Shown in pieces: positions 39,893-50,368 of a stretch of DNA of 64,000 nucleotides. Where the stretch lies: assembly GCA_963811165.1 (NCBI GenBank), contig CAWEQH010000010.1:1088001-1152000 (forward strand), in the 5' to 3' direction. A program made the position numbers and the translations under genes. Below the pieces are notes generated by a model. That model saw only the letters and a program-made list of their open reading frames with translations. It searched no databases and had not been told where the DNA came from. The stretch is from an uncultured Nitrospiraceae bacterium. GTDB lineage: Bacteria > Nitrospirota > Thermodesulfovibrionia > Thermodesulfovibrionales > UBA6898. The first letter of the stretch is position 1, and every line of letters starts with the position of its first letter.

Positions 39893-42115
39893 CTACTGAC
39901 CCGGCCCGTAGACAGTCGCAGGCCGTATCCCTAGAGGCCTGACGGCACTCGAAGGAAGTGGCGACCCCAGGTCTGCAAGGCCATCCTGCAGGAGCTGGAT
40001 AATGTATTTATAGTCATGAACGGCAGCTGAATTATTCGGCACGTTTGCCTGTGAGGTCGCAGCAGAGGGGAGTCCCTTCACTGCAAAAGAGAGGTTGAAT
40101 GCTGCCTTGTACGTAGCAGGTGTCCAGGCAGTAAAGGATGTCGTTGATGCCGCATCGCTAAAGAAGTAGGGATACGTCAGGTCATTATAGAAGATCCCCT
40201 TGGTCTGGAGCACGGCGATGACCTTTTGCTGAAGCACCCGAATCGAATCCGCTATCGACAAAGTCGCCCCGTTTGCATCGCCGGTATAGTTGTTCGTGTC
40301 GAAGCTTGCCCTGTAACTTGCTACATCCGGGCTCTCAGAACCCGCCTTAGCACCCACCTTTCCGAAACTTCCTCCGTGACAGGACGAGACATTGCAGGTC
40401 GCTACATTCGGTTTCCACGTATGGCCGCCGTTTTGGTTGTCCGTTGTCGGATTGCTCATATGACAGGTCGGGCAGTTTGCGCCCTGATGGGCCGAATTTG
40501 CGCTGTAAAACTGACCCGCATACTCATAGGCATTGACTCCCCAGAGCATTGCTGCAGTGCCGAGATAATGAGGGTTGAAGAAACTGCCGGTAATCGTCTT
40601 GCCGGCGGCAAGTTTCGTAGCATAAAGGGTCAGACCGCTCTCCCTCCCCTGATGACAGAAGATGCAGATCGTGCCGTTTCCGGTCTGGGCGAGCGGCACG
40701 GGAGTTTTGTCGAGGAAGACACTTCCCTGAAACGTAATGGAACTTGTCGAATAATTGGTCATCATCACCGGCTGCCGGACATTCATGGACTGTCCGGGGT
40801 AGTCCTGGTGAGGGTCATGGCAGGTAATACACACCACGGGCTCATCACCGAAAATCACCGGTGCAGTCGGTGTACCCTGAATATTCATCTGGAATGCGAT
40901 AGACCCAATTCCATTATGGCATCTGTAGCAAGGATAATTGTCATTAGTTCCGTTAAACACCGCATTCTGAGATGTGCTCGCGGTTGCGGCAACCTTGCCC
41001 GGCCCGTTAAAAGAGGGGCCGCTGCTAAGAGCCATATCATAAGGCCAGAGACTCTGATGACCTCCCGCAGCATACGGAGCCCCGGTACTGGGATTGACAT
41101 AGGCAGGCGGATTTGCCGAAAACTCGGCAAATGCCGGATCGCTCCGCGTGCCGTGGGCTGAGTTTGTCCACTGCGTATAGGTGTTGTTTTGATGAGTCGG
41201 CTGCTGGCTGTACTTATACTTCCCTTTCGTATGGCATGCGGCGCAGAGAAGCTCCACGTTCAGCTCGTTGTTGTTTCCGGCAACCTTCGAGGGATCCACC
41301 GATCCGTCGGGCTGAACAGCTCCGTTTGGCTGGTAGATCGAAGCGGCAAGCTGCGTCCCCGGGACATTATCGTTTTGCTCGCCGGTGGGGTTTACGAAAA
41401 ATTTCCGGAAGATAGGATATGCCGCAGGATCTTTCCTTTGAGCGACCTTGACCTTGGTTTCAGGCTGATGGGCGTCATGACAGCCGGCACAGGTGATATT
41501 TGGCGGGTCCGGCATGTTATTCGGGTCAGGCATAATCAAAGGCCCGCTCCCATCGGCATAGCTGTATTCGAACCGCTGGTTGGGGTTGTGGCAGCGGGAA
41601 CACTCCTCGATGTGCTGCGCATGTGTTACCGGAGTAACGCCGTCGGGAAGGAATTCGGGCTTGCTCATTATCTCCGCTGTTCCACTGTTCAAGGCATCTC
41701 CCTGGAAAAAGAACTTGTCGGGTCCTGTAAAGGAACCGAGGTTCGTCCCGTTATAAGGATTCGAGTTCGCATGGAGCGTGCTGTCAAACCCTCTTTTGTC
41801 CGTGTGACAGGCTTCGCACTGGGCCGCCTGGGGATTTGGATAGGGGATATTCCCGACACCCATGTGCATGCTTCCCGCGCCGTGACAGTCCTCACACTGG
41901 ACCTTGCCGTCGGTGGTATGAGTAGTATTGGCCCATGCGACAGCTATCTGCGTGCCGGTGATATCCTTGGTGAACGCATGACATGTATTTGTGCACGTGG
42001 CAGAACCGACCCTGGTCGCGGTAGAAGACTTACCCCCTCCTCCCCCCCCGCAGCCGGCCAGAAGAGACAGGCCGAACAACAGCCCTAATCCCAGTAAACG
42101 ATACGGTTTACGCAT
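39893..42115 (-). CDS. Large multiheme c-type cytochrome lipoprotein (OmcB-like size and layout), copy 2
   Basis: LAGC lipobox; 9 CxxCH plus CTNTCH and CNVSSCH; 740 aa. Confidence 0.9.
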   Translation of the reverse strand: MRKPYRLLGLGLLFGLSLLAGCGGGGGGKSSTATRVGSATCTNTCHAFTKDITGTQIAVAWANTTHTTDGKVQCEDCHGAGSMHMGVGNIPYPNPQAAQCEACHTDKRGFDSTLHANSNPYNGTNLGSFTGPDKFFFQGDALNSGTAEIMSKPEFLPDGVTPVTHAQHIEECSRCHNPNQRFEYSYADGSGPLIMPDPNNMPDPPNITCAGCHDAHQPETKVKVAQRKDPAAYPIFRKFFVNPTGEQNDNVPGTQLAASIYQPNGAVQPDGSVDPSKVAGNNNELNVELLCAACHTKGKYKYSQQPTHQNNTYTQWTNSAHGTRSDPAFAEFSANPPAYVNPSTGAPYAAGGHQSLWPYDMALSSGPSFNGPGKVAATASTSQNAVFNGTNDNYPCYRCHNGIGSIAFQMNIQGTPTAPVIFGDEPVVCITCHDPHQDYPGQSMNVRQPVMMTNYSTSSITFQGSVFLDKTPVPLAQTGNGTICIFCHQGRESGLTLYATKLAAGKTITGSFFNPHYLGTAAMLWGVNAYEYAGQFYSANSAHQGANCPTCHMSNPTTDNQNGGHTWKPNVATCNVSSCHGGSFGKVGAKAGSESPDVASYRASFDTNNYTGDANGATLSIADSIRVLQQKVIAVLQTKGIFYNDLTYPYFFSDAASTTSFTAWTPATYKAAFNLSFAVKGLPSAATSQANVPNNSAAVHDYKYIIQLLQDGLADLGSPLPSSAVRPLGIRPATVYGPGQ

Positions 42116-42294
42116 ATTCCCTCCTCACAAATATTGTTATCTATTCGGGTACCTCTTTCTAAACGACTTCGTAACCCATAGCTCCACAGGCATATATTAT
42201 AAATATTTTGCAAAAAAGAGGGAGAAAAAAATGAAGAGGCGTTTGTCGGACCCTGACAACGTGCATTAAGATAGGACCAGGCTAGGCGCGGGAG

Positions 42295-42324
42295 AAAAAA
42301 AGGCCCCGGATTATTCCGGGGCCC
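42295..42324 (-). terminator. Intrinsic terminator of cytochrome copy 1
   Basis: GGCCCCGGA/TCCGGGGCC stem plus T run. Confidence 0.8.
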
Positions 42325-42350
42325 GTTGCGAAATTACACTCCGAGGTCAG

Positions 42351-44649
42351 TTACTGACCCGGGCCGTACACAGTCGCAGGCCGTGTCCCGAAAGGCCTGA
42401 CGGCACCGGCAAGAGGAGCGCCTGTCAGATCAGCATATCCATCCTGCAGAAGCTGAATGATGTACTTATAGTCGTGCACCGCTGCAGAATTATTCGGCAC
42501 GTTGGCCTGCGAGGTTGCACCGGAAGGAAGCCCCTTCACGGCAAAGGAGATATTGAAGGCCGCCTTGTAAGTTGCGGGTGTCCAGGCAGTAAAGGCTGTC
42601 GTTGACGCCGCATCGCTAAAGAAGTAAGGATACAACAGATCGTTGTAAAAGACCCCCTTCGTCTGGAGCACGGCGATGACCTTCTGCTGAAGCACCCGGA
42701 TCGAATCAGCTATCGACAAGGTCGCTCCGTTTGCGTCGCCAGTATAATTGTTCGTGTCGAAGCTCGCCCTGTATTTTGCGACATCGGGGCTCGCAGGACA
42801 GCCGGCCTTTGGCGCGCACGGCCCAAAACTTCCATGACATGACTGAGACATTGCAGGTCTGCAACATTGGGGCTCCAGGTATGGCCTCCGTTTTGTGCGT
42901 CGCTCGTAGGATTTGCCATATGGCAGGTCGGGCAGTTTGCACCCTGATGGGCCACATTGGCGCTATATGACTTGACCCGCGTACTCATACGCATTGACGC
43001 CCCAGATCATTGCCGCCAGTGCCGAGATAGTGAGGATTGAAGAAATTGCCGGCGATCGTCTTGCCGGCGGCAAGTTTCGTGGCATAAAGTGTAAGTCCGC
43101 TCTCCCTTCCCTGATGGCAGAAGACGCAGATCGTGCCGTTTCCCGTCTTGTCCAGCGGGACAGGAGTATTGTCGAGGAAGACATTTCCCTGGATCGTGAT
43201 GGAAGCTTGTCGAGTAATTGGTCATCATCACCGGCTGCCGGACGTTCAAGGTCTGCCCCGTATAATTCTGATGAGGGTCATGACAGGTAATACATACCAC
43301 GGGCTCATCGCCGAAGATCACCGGGGCGGCAGGCGTCCCCTGGATATTCATCTGAAATGCGATAGAGCCGATTCCATTATGGCATCTGTAGCAAGGGAAA
43401 TTGTCATTAGTTCCGCCAAACCCTGCATTCTGTGAGGTGCTTGCAGTTGCTCCAACCTTACCCGGTCCGTTAAAGGAGGGGCCGCCGCTAAGAGCCATGT
43501 CATAGGGCCAGAGACTCTGGTGGCCGCCGCGAGGCGTAGGGGGGCCCGGTATTGGGATTGATGTATACGAGGCGGGTTGGCCGAAAACTCGGCAAAGGCG
43601 GGATCGCTCCGTGTACCGTGGGCTGAGTTTTTCCATTGCGTATAGGTGTCGTTTTGATGTGTCGCGGTCTGGCCATATAGATATTTGCCGACCGTATGGC
43701 ACGAAGCGCAGAGCAGCTCGACATTCAATTCGTTGTTCGTTCCGACGACCTTTGTCAGGTCCACACTTCCATCAAGCTGGACCGCTCCGTTAGACTGGAA
43801 TATCGATGCGGCCAGTTGCGAGGAAGTCGCTGTCGCGCTTTCATTCCCGGTTGCCGGGTCGGCAACAAAAATTTGCTCGCCGGTGGGGTTGACAAAGAAC
43901 TTACGGAAGATAGGGACCTGCACAGAGGCGCGCTGCGCTATAGCCACCCTCTGCTCCGGCTGATGCCCATCGTGGCACCCTGCGCAGGTAATATTAGGTG
44001 GGTCCTGTATCCCTTGCCAGGTCTGTATATTATTCGGATCGAATATCGTATTTGGATCGGGTTTGAGAAGGCTTCCGTCCTTGTTGTAAACGAATCGCTG
44101 GTTGGGGTTGTGGCAAACCGAGCATTCCTGTATGTGCTGAGCATGCGTTACCGGCGCTCCGGCAGGCGTGAATTCCGGAACTCCTTGGTTCTCTGCCGGG
44201 CCGCTGTTGGATGCATCTCCCTGGAAGAAGAATTTATCAGGGCCGGTAAATGTGGCGCCATTCGAGCCGTTGAACGGATTCGCGTTTGCATGGACTGTGT
44301 CATTAAATCCGGCTTTATCGGCGTGGCAGACTTCACACTGTGCAGCCTGAGGTCTGGGGAATGGAATAGGACCGACGCCCCAGTGCAGGCTGGCAGGACC
44401 ATGGCAGTCTTCGCACTGAACATTGCCGACTGTCGTATGAGTTGTAGCCGCCCATACCTTGGCGATCTTGTTGCCCGTGATATCTACCGTGTCCGCGTGA
44501 CACGTATTCGTGCAGGTTTCCGAACCCACCTTGGTGGCAGACGCAAGCGGGCTCTCCACTCCCTCATGGTGCCCGCTTCCGCAACCGCTCAACGCAAGTA
44601 ATGCCATAAGAAATAGTGAGCCGGTAATAATTCGATACGACCTAATCAT
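42351..44649 (-). CDS. Large multiheme cytochrome lipoprotein, copy 1 (about 7 frameshifts, probably artefactual)
   Basis: LSGC lipobox; colinear paralog of 39893-42115 spread over several frames. Removing 7 single-base insertions gives 764 codons. Confidence 0.8.
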
Positions 44650-44708
44650 ATTGCCCTCCTTTTTGGATGTTCGTGGCATTTTATCTCTACCTCCTTCAGT
44701 TTTCGCAA

Positions 44709-45485
44709 TCACTGCGGCACCGTAATATGGCACTTTAAACACGTCCTGTTGTCGCTGGCCCGTCCGAGACGGCCTCTGATACTGCCCCAGCTCCTAGGAT
44801 GAGGGTTCACCTTCAACCCCGTGGCGGCGCTATGGCATTTCATGCATACATCGCCTTCGGGATGGCATGTCTGGCATGTGGAGAGGTTCCTTCTGGCCTC
44901 CCTCGCGTGGTCGGCAGACCATTGATGGGTCGGGACAAGGCTGTTCGGATGGCAGGTCGGACACTGTGACGTATTAAATACTGTGTGGTTCGGCCCCACC
45001 GACTTAAGGTTAATGTCGCTGAACTGTCTCCTATGGGAAGCCATCGCAAGATCGTTGGGGTTAAACCTGCTGTGACATTCCAGGCAGAACCTCTTTGCGT
45101 CGTGGCAACGGTAGCAGGACGTCGGGTCCTCCTTGGCCTTTATGGGGTGTATTTCCCTGAAATCGGTCCGATGCGACTTCGGCATGTAATCGGGGCCCGA
45201 CTGAGAGGAATGCAGGTCGGCATTGATTCCGCCTCCTTTATGACAATCAAGGCAGAACGAAAGCTGATGGCAGTCCTGACAGTTATTCGGCTTCTTGTCC
45301 GCGTAGATCCTGTGTTCCTTGACCCAAGTCGAAGTGTGGTTCGCTGCAACATTGTTGGATACGTGGCATTCGTTGCAAAACTTTATCTCCATGTTCGTAG
45401 CATAATCGGTATGCCGGGTCAGCGCCCAGACAGCAGGGCTCAAGCAAAGAATTACAATAATTAGCAGTATGCTCTTTTTTATCAT
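44709..45485 (-). CDS. Periplasmic nonaheme c-type cytochrome
   Basis: Signal peptide; 9 CxxCH motifs in 258 aa. Confidence 0.92.
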   Translation of the reverse strand: MIKKSILLIIVILCLSPAVWALTRHTDYATNMEIKFCNECHVSNNVAANHTSTWVKEHRIYADKKPNNCQDCHQLSFCLDCHKGGGINADLHSSQSGPDYMPKSHRTDFREIHPIKAKEDPTSCYRCHDAKRFCLECHSRFNPNDLAMASHRRQFSDINLKSVGPNHTVFNTSQCPTCHPNSLVPTHQWSADHAREARRNLSTCQTCHPEGDVCMKCHSAATGLKVNPHPRSWGSIRGRLGRASDNRTCLKCHITVPQ

Positions 45486-45500
45486 GCTCTTCTCCTTCCT

Positions 45501-46763
45501 TTACAGATTCCAGTCCAGGGAAACCCGGCCCAAAATTCTATGCGAAAAATCCGGGTTGTCGTCGTCCTCGAGCCGCCCCGTGACCGAGAGCTTTTTCGTT
45601 GCTATCCAGCGGCCGCCTGCCCAGTAACGCCTTGCATAGTTGTTGCCGGAGATATCGGGCCTATTGTAAGTATCGTACTGTATGCCCGCAAAGACAATAA
45701 GCTCTTTCCTTAGCTTGTAATCACCTGAAAGTTCGAATCCGTATAGCTTTCCGTCCGTATCCGTTATTCCGGTGTCAGGGAAAAAGGCATACCCGCTATA
45801 ACCCCTTCTGTAATCGAATGAGACATTGAGGTTCAGTTTCTCATTCGGATAGGCCCTCGCGCCGATCGTGTATACATCGGCATTCGTGTCCTCCTCATAC
45901 GTCTGGCGTTTGTACGATGCGAAAACGCTTACCGGTATCGCCAAGTTGTACTCTGCGAGTATCAGATATTCCCGGAACTTGTCGACTGCAAAGACGCTGT
46001 AAATAGACGTAGAGTCGAAGGTCGGATAGGAATGATAAAACTCGGCCTTCAATCTCAGGTTGCTCACCGGGAAGACATCGACCCCGACCGTGGCCTCATC
46101 GAAAACCTTCGAAAGCAGGTCATATCTCACCTCGGCATAGGGGCTGGCGAACTTAAGAAAATATCTGAAATTCATGCCCAGTTCTTCCCTCGCAAGGTCC
46201 GACTCATCGTACTTCCTGACATAACTGAATCCCAGCTGCGCTGATTTCACGTCCTGCAGGTGGACATCGATACCAAAAAAATTATTCCCGCCCCTCGAGT
46301 ACTCTCCATCGAGTGTGAAGACGACATCCCTTCCTCCGGCGAGCGTCACACCCAGCGGTCCGATTTTGCTTACATCCAACCGCACCCCGTCCATAACGGA
46401 AGTGCCTGCGGTGAAATTCGTGAACTGCCTCCCTATCCTTGTGGAGATATCTGGCAAAAGCGCATAATCAAGATAGAGATAGTAAAGCCTTGTTTCGAAA
46501 TCGTCGCTTCTCACTCCGGGACTGCCCAGGTCTTTCCAGAGCCGACCGTAGCCGGTAACAGAGTACGGCTTTCCCTCAGGGGCAAAAGTGAACCTCAGGT
46601 ACTGTGCGATGACAACCGAGTTATCACCGAGCAGATCGTCACCCCACAAAAATTGTGTGGAAGACGAGAATTTTAACGGGTCAGCATGAACTGCGGTTGA
46701 GACGAGAAGAAAAGACAAAAACACAACAGATGCAATAAACACCTTTCGCAAGATACACCGCAT
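45501..46763 (-). CDS. Outer-membrane beta-barrel (porin of a porin-cytochrome cluster)
   Basis: Signal peptide (VHA), aromatic-rich amphipathic strands, terminal strand VSLDWNL; first gene of the cytochrome operon. Confidence 0.8.
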   Translation of the reverse strand: MRCILRKVFIASVVFLSFLLVSTAVHADPLKFSSSTQFLWGDDLLGDNSVVIAQYLRFTFAPEGKPYSVTGYGRLWKDLGSPGVRSDDFETRLYYLYLDYALLPDISTRIGRQFTNFTAGTSVMDGVRLDVSKIGPLGVTLAGGRDVVFTLDGEYSRGGNNFFGIDVHLQDVKSAQLGFSYVRKYDESDLAREELGMNFRYFLKFASPYAEVRYDLLSKVFDEATVGVDVFPVSNLRLKAEFYHSYPTFDSTSIYSVFAVDKFREYLILAEYNLAIPVSVFASYKRQTYEEDTNADVYTIGARAYPNEKLNLNVSFDYRRGYSGYAFFPDTGITDTDGKLYGFELSGDYKLRKELIVFAGIQYDTYNRPDISGNNYARRYWAGGRWIATKKLSVTGRLEDDDNPDFSHRILGRVSLDWNL

Positions 46764-47175
46764 TTAGCCCTCCTTTCGAATCCCAATAAACGTTTAGCTG
46801 CATATACGCAAGTTACCGGGTCATGTCATTTCCCTTAGAGAGACACTCATAACGCCATCTCCCTCCTTTCGGTAAAATATTTTTTTCTCATTGGCCGGCG
46901 CGGTATTACCGGCAATATATTCCTGTCCAACAAGGATAAAAAATCCACGGCTTTCACACCTCAAACACTGGATAAAGCGCCACTTCACAGAAAAGACACA
47001 AAAAAGGCCGTCTTCCAACCTCACACAAAAGACCGGCTTCGTTACCCCCCACCGAAAAAATATTTACAGACGGTGAACTTAAAAAAAAAATATCACAGTA
47101 TCCGGGGCATGTCAAGATGTCATTTTTGTTGTCATTTTTTGACAACTTCATATATTTTTGTTATGTTGTAACTCA

Positions 47176-48045
47176 ATGGAACTGTACGGCCTGGATCGCA
47201 TCACGAAGAACAGAAGTGCTGTTCAGGCAATCAACGCCTTAATCGGCATACTGCTTCTCCTGGCAGTCCTCTTGTTCGCAAGGGACCTCATTACCCTGAC
47301 GCTCTCTCCGAAAAGTACGGGGGCAAAGCGGGAAAAGAAGGACTTCACCCCGGTAAGACCTCAGTTCCGGGACTACGCCCCGCTGATGAAGAACAATCCC
47401 TTCGGTTTTTCCGCCGGCGAGCTTACACCCCTTTCGGCTTCAACAGGGCCTTCGATATCGCAGTCCGACCTCGCCTTGATAGGCACGATAGCAGGAAGGA
47501 GGGACGGGAGCTACGCCATCTTTCTGGATAAAGCCGGAAAGCAGGACCTCTTCAAAACGGGAGCTAATGTGTTTGGTCTGGGGACACTCAAAAAAGTCGA
47601 TAAAGACAGCGTCGTCATCATCGCAAACGGCAGAGAGATAAAGATCCCATTTTCGGACATTACTGATATAAAGGAGGTAAAGTCCGGCGGCCCGTCAGCC
47701 TCGTCCTTCGCTAAAAGGACGGGTGAGTCGACTTACCTTCTGGACCAGCAGAGGATCCAGCAGGCCCTCGAAAAACCCGACCAGCTCCTGACCGATGCCA
47801 GGTTCGTACCGAACATGATCGAGGGCAGGCAACAGGGGTTTGTACTTAGGGAGTTGAAGCCAGGCGGCATTTACGCCAGCCTCGGCCTCCAAAACGGGGA
47901 CGTCCTTTTAAGGATCAACGAGTATAGTATTTCCAGTCCCGATACCGCCCTCCAGGCGATCACCGCCCTTAAGGGAGTCGACAGGGCCCAACTCGATATA
48001 ATACGAAACGGGGCGAAGACGACGATGACCTACCAGATCAGATGA
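47176..48045 (+). CDS. gspC: Type II secretion protein C (with PDZ)
   Basis: N-terminal TM, LIGTIAG...YAIF HR domain, GLQNGDVLLRIN PDZ; precedes gspD. Confidence 0.85.
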   Translation: MELYGLDRITKNRSAVQAINALIGILLLLAVLLFARDLITLTLSPKSTGAKREKKDFTPVRPQFRDYAPLMKNNPFGFSAGELTPLSASTGPSISQSDLALIGTIAGRRDGSYAIFLDKAGKQDLFKTGANVFGLGTLKKVDKDSVVIIANGREIKIPFSDITDIKEVKSGGPSASSFAKRTGESTYLLDQQRIQQALEKPDQLLTDARFVPNMIEGRQQGFVLRELKPGGIYASLGLQNGDVLLRINEYSISSPDTALQAITALKGVDRAQLDIIRNGAKTTMTYQIR

Positions 48046-48140
48046 GCCTTGGGCAAATCCACTGCCCAAAAACTGATGTATGCAGGGGGATGTTGCCGTG
48101 TGTTGACCAAAGACGGCTTTTTTAATAATATACTTAGACA

Positions 48141-50362
48141 ATGAAACGACTAATAAAGCTCGCGCCCCCCTTCCGTGTATTTTTTATCGTCTTTTGCACA
48201 ATGCTCATACTGTCCGTCAGCGGCCGGTTCGTTTTTGCGGGGAATTCTCCGGAGACAAAAAAGGAGATAAAAAAGTCGAACAACGTGACGTTCAATTTCG
48301 TCGACGTCGAGCTGCCGGTCATCGCCAAATTCATCAGCGAGATCACCGGCAAGAATTTTATCTTCGACGACAAGATCAAGGGAAAGATTACGATCATTGC
48401 TCCTTCCAAGCTCTCTGTCGATGACGCCTATGGCCTTTTTACTTCGGTGCTCGAACTAAAGGGGTTCACGCTTGTGCCGTCGGGTGTCGACGTATACAAG
48501 ATAATCCCCGCTATCGAGGCAAAGCAGCAGGGCATGCAGATCTCTACGGAGGGCGCACCCATCAACGAAAGCTATGTCGCAAGACTCCTTGCTTTCAGGT
48601 ATGTCTCGGCCGACGAGGCCCTCAGATTTCTCCAGCCGCTTGTATCCAAAGACGGCCATATTTCGATATTCGGTCCAGGGAACCTGCTCCTTGTGATCGA
48701 TTCAGGACTGAATGTGGAAAAGATCTCTCTCTCGTCGAGCTGATCGACAAACCCTCCGCGACGGAGATGCCCGAGGTGGTCCTCCTGAAGTATTCGAGCG
48801 CCGATGCGGTGTCCAAGATCCTCAACGACGGGATGGGGAAGGCCAAGTCAAGGGTTGTTCCAGGACAACAGCCCGGGATAGAGATAGCATCGGCCGTCCC
48901 GGACCAAAGGCTTAACGCAGTCATCCTCTTTGGTGATAGGGGCGGAAGGGAATCCATGAAGGCCCTCATCTCACTCATCGACACCCCTGCCCCTGAGGCA
49001 CAGGGAAGGATAAACGTCTTCTTCCTCGAAAACGCCGACGCGACCGAATTACAGAAAGTCCTTGAGGGAATGCTCAGGGGTATGCAGGGATCTAAACAGC
49101 CCGCGGGAGCGGCTGCCGCGCCCGCATCGCCCTTCGAGGCCGCAGGCGGTATCAATATTACAGCCGACAAGGCATCGAACGCACTGGTCGTTGTGGCTTC
49201 GCCGGCTGATTATCAAAACCTCTCCCAGATCATCAGACAACTGGATAAGAGGAGAAAACAGGTATATGTCGAGGCGATGATCATCGAGGCTTCGATGGAC
49301 AAGTTGCGCAATCTGGGCGTCCAATGGAGGGCAACTGCGACAAAAGGCGGCGCACCTATCGCCATAGGCGGTATTGGGACGATAGACCAAACAGCACTTA
49401 CGAATATCTTGCAGGGTCTTCAGGGGGCGACCCTGGGAGGACTTGGAAACTTTCTTAAAGTGCCCTTGACTACAGTGGCAAGTGACGGCACCATCACGAC
49501 AAACACGCTCACAATTCCGGGCTTCGCCGCCTTGTTTAACCTGAGCGATTTCAGAGACTCGGTAAATGTTCTTTCAACTCCCCAGATACTGACATCGGAC
49601 AACAAGGAAGCCGAAATCCTGGTCGGCGAGAACGTCCCGTTTATATCGCAAAGCCAGACAACAGCAGGCTTAGGTGTCACGTCGAGCAGCACGTCGGTAT
49701 CTGGCATCGTCAATTCCATCGTGAGGCAGGATGTCGGCATTATATTGAAGATCACCCCCCAGATCACCGAAGGGGACAACGTCAAGCTCGATATATACCA
49801 GGAAATTTCGCAGGTAAAGAACCAGCCTGATGCGCTGACAATCAGCGTAGGTCCCACGATAACGAAACGTTCCACAAAGACATCGGTCGTGGTGAAGGAC
49901 AACCAGACCGTCGTCATCGGCGGACTGATGCAGGAAAATGACGAGGAGACCGTCACGAAGATGCCGGTCCTTGGGGACATTCCCCTTCTGGGCTGGATAT
50001 TTAAGACAAAAAACACTACCAAGAACAAGACGAACCTGATTATCTTTCTTAACCCTCATATCATCAAGGAATCCAGCAGGCTTGCTGAAATTACGAAAGA
50101 CAAAGATAAGGAGTTTGCCGTGGCCAACAACCGGTTCGTTTCTGGTGAGCTTTTGGTCAAATTCAAGGAAGGGGTCCCTGAGGAAAAGATCCGTTCAATC
50201 ATCTCCCAAAAAGGATCGACGGTACTAAAGTATACGGAAAACATCCGGGTGTATCTTTTAAAGCTCAAGAAGGGACAGTCCGTAGAAGACGCGGTGCGGG
50301 AATTCTCGGACCTGCCTGAGGTCGAGTATGCGGAGCCTAATTACATCGTTACGATAAAGTAG
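48141..50362 (+). CDS. gspD: Type II secretion secretin, frameshifted in a (TC)5 tract near 48730
   Basis: NFVDVEL...ITGKNFI N0 domain, QVYVEAMIIE, LSTPQI, PVLGDIPLLGWIFK; the two ORFs join with +1 or -2 nt. Confidence 0.9.
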
Positions 50363-50368
50363 CGGAAG

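Noticed and set aside
42351..44742. Several independent small cytochrome genes or programmed frameshifting
   Set aside because: The fragments are colinear pieces of one paralog; seven scattered insertions without slippery sites fit sequencing error better.
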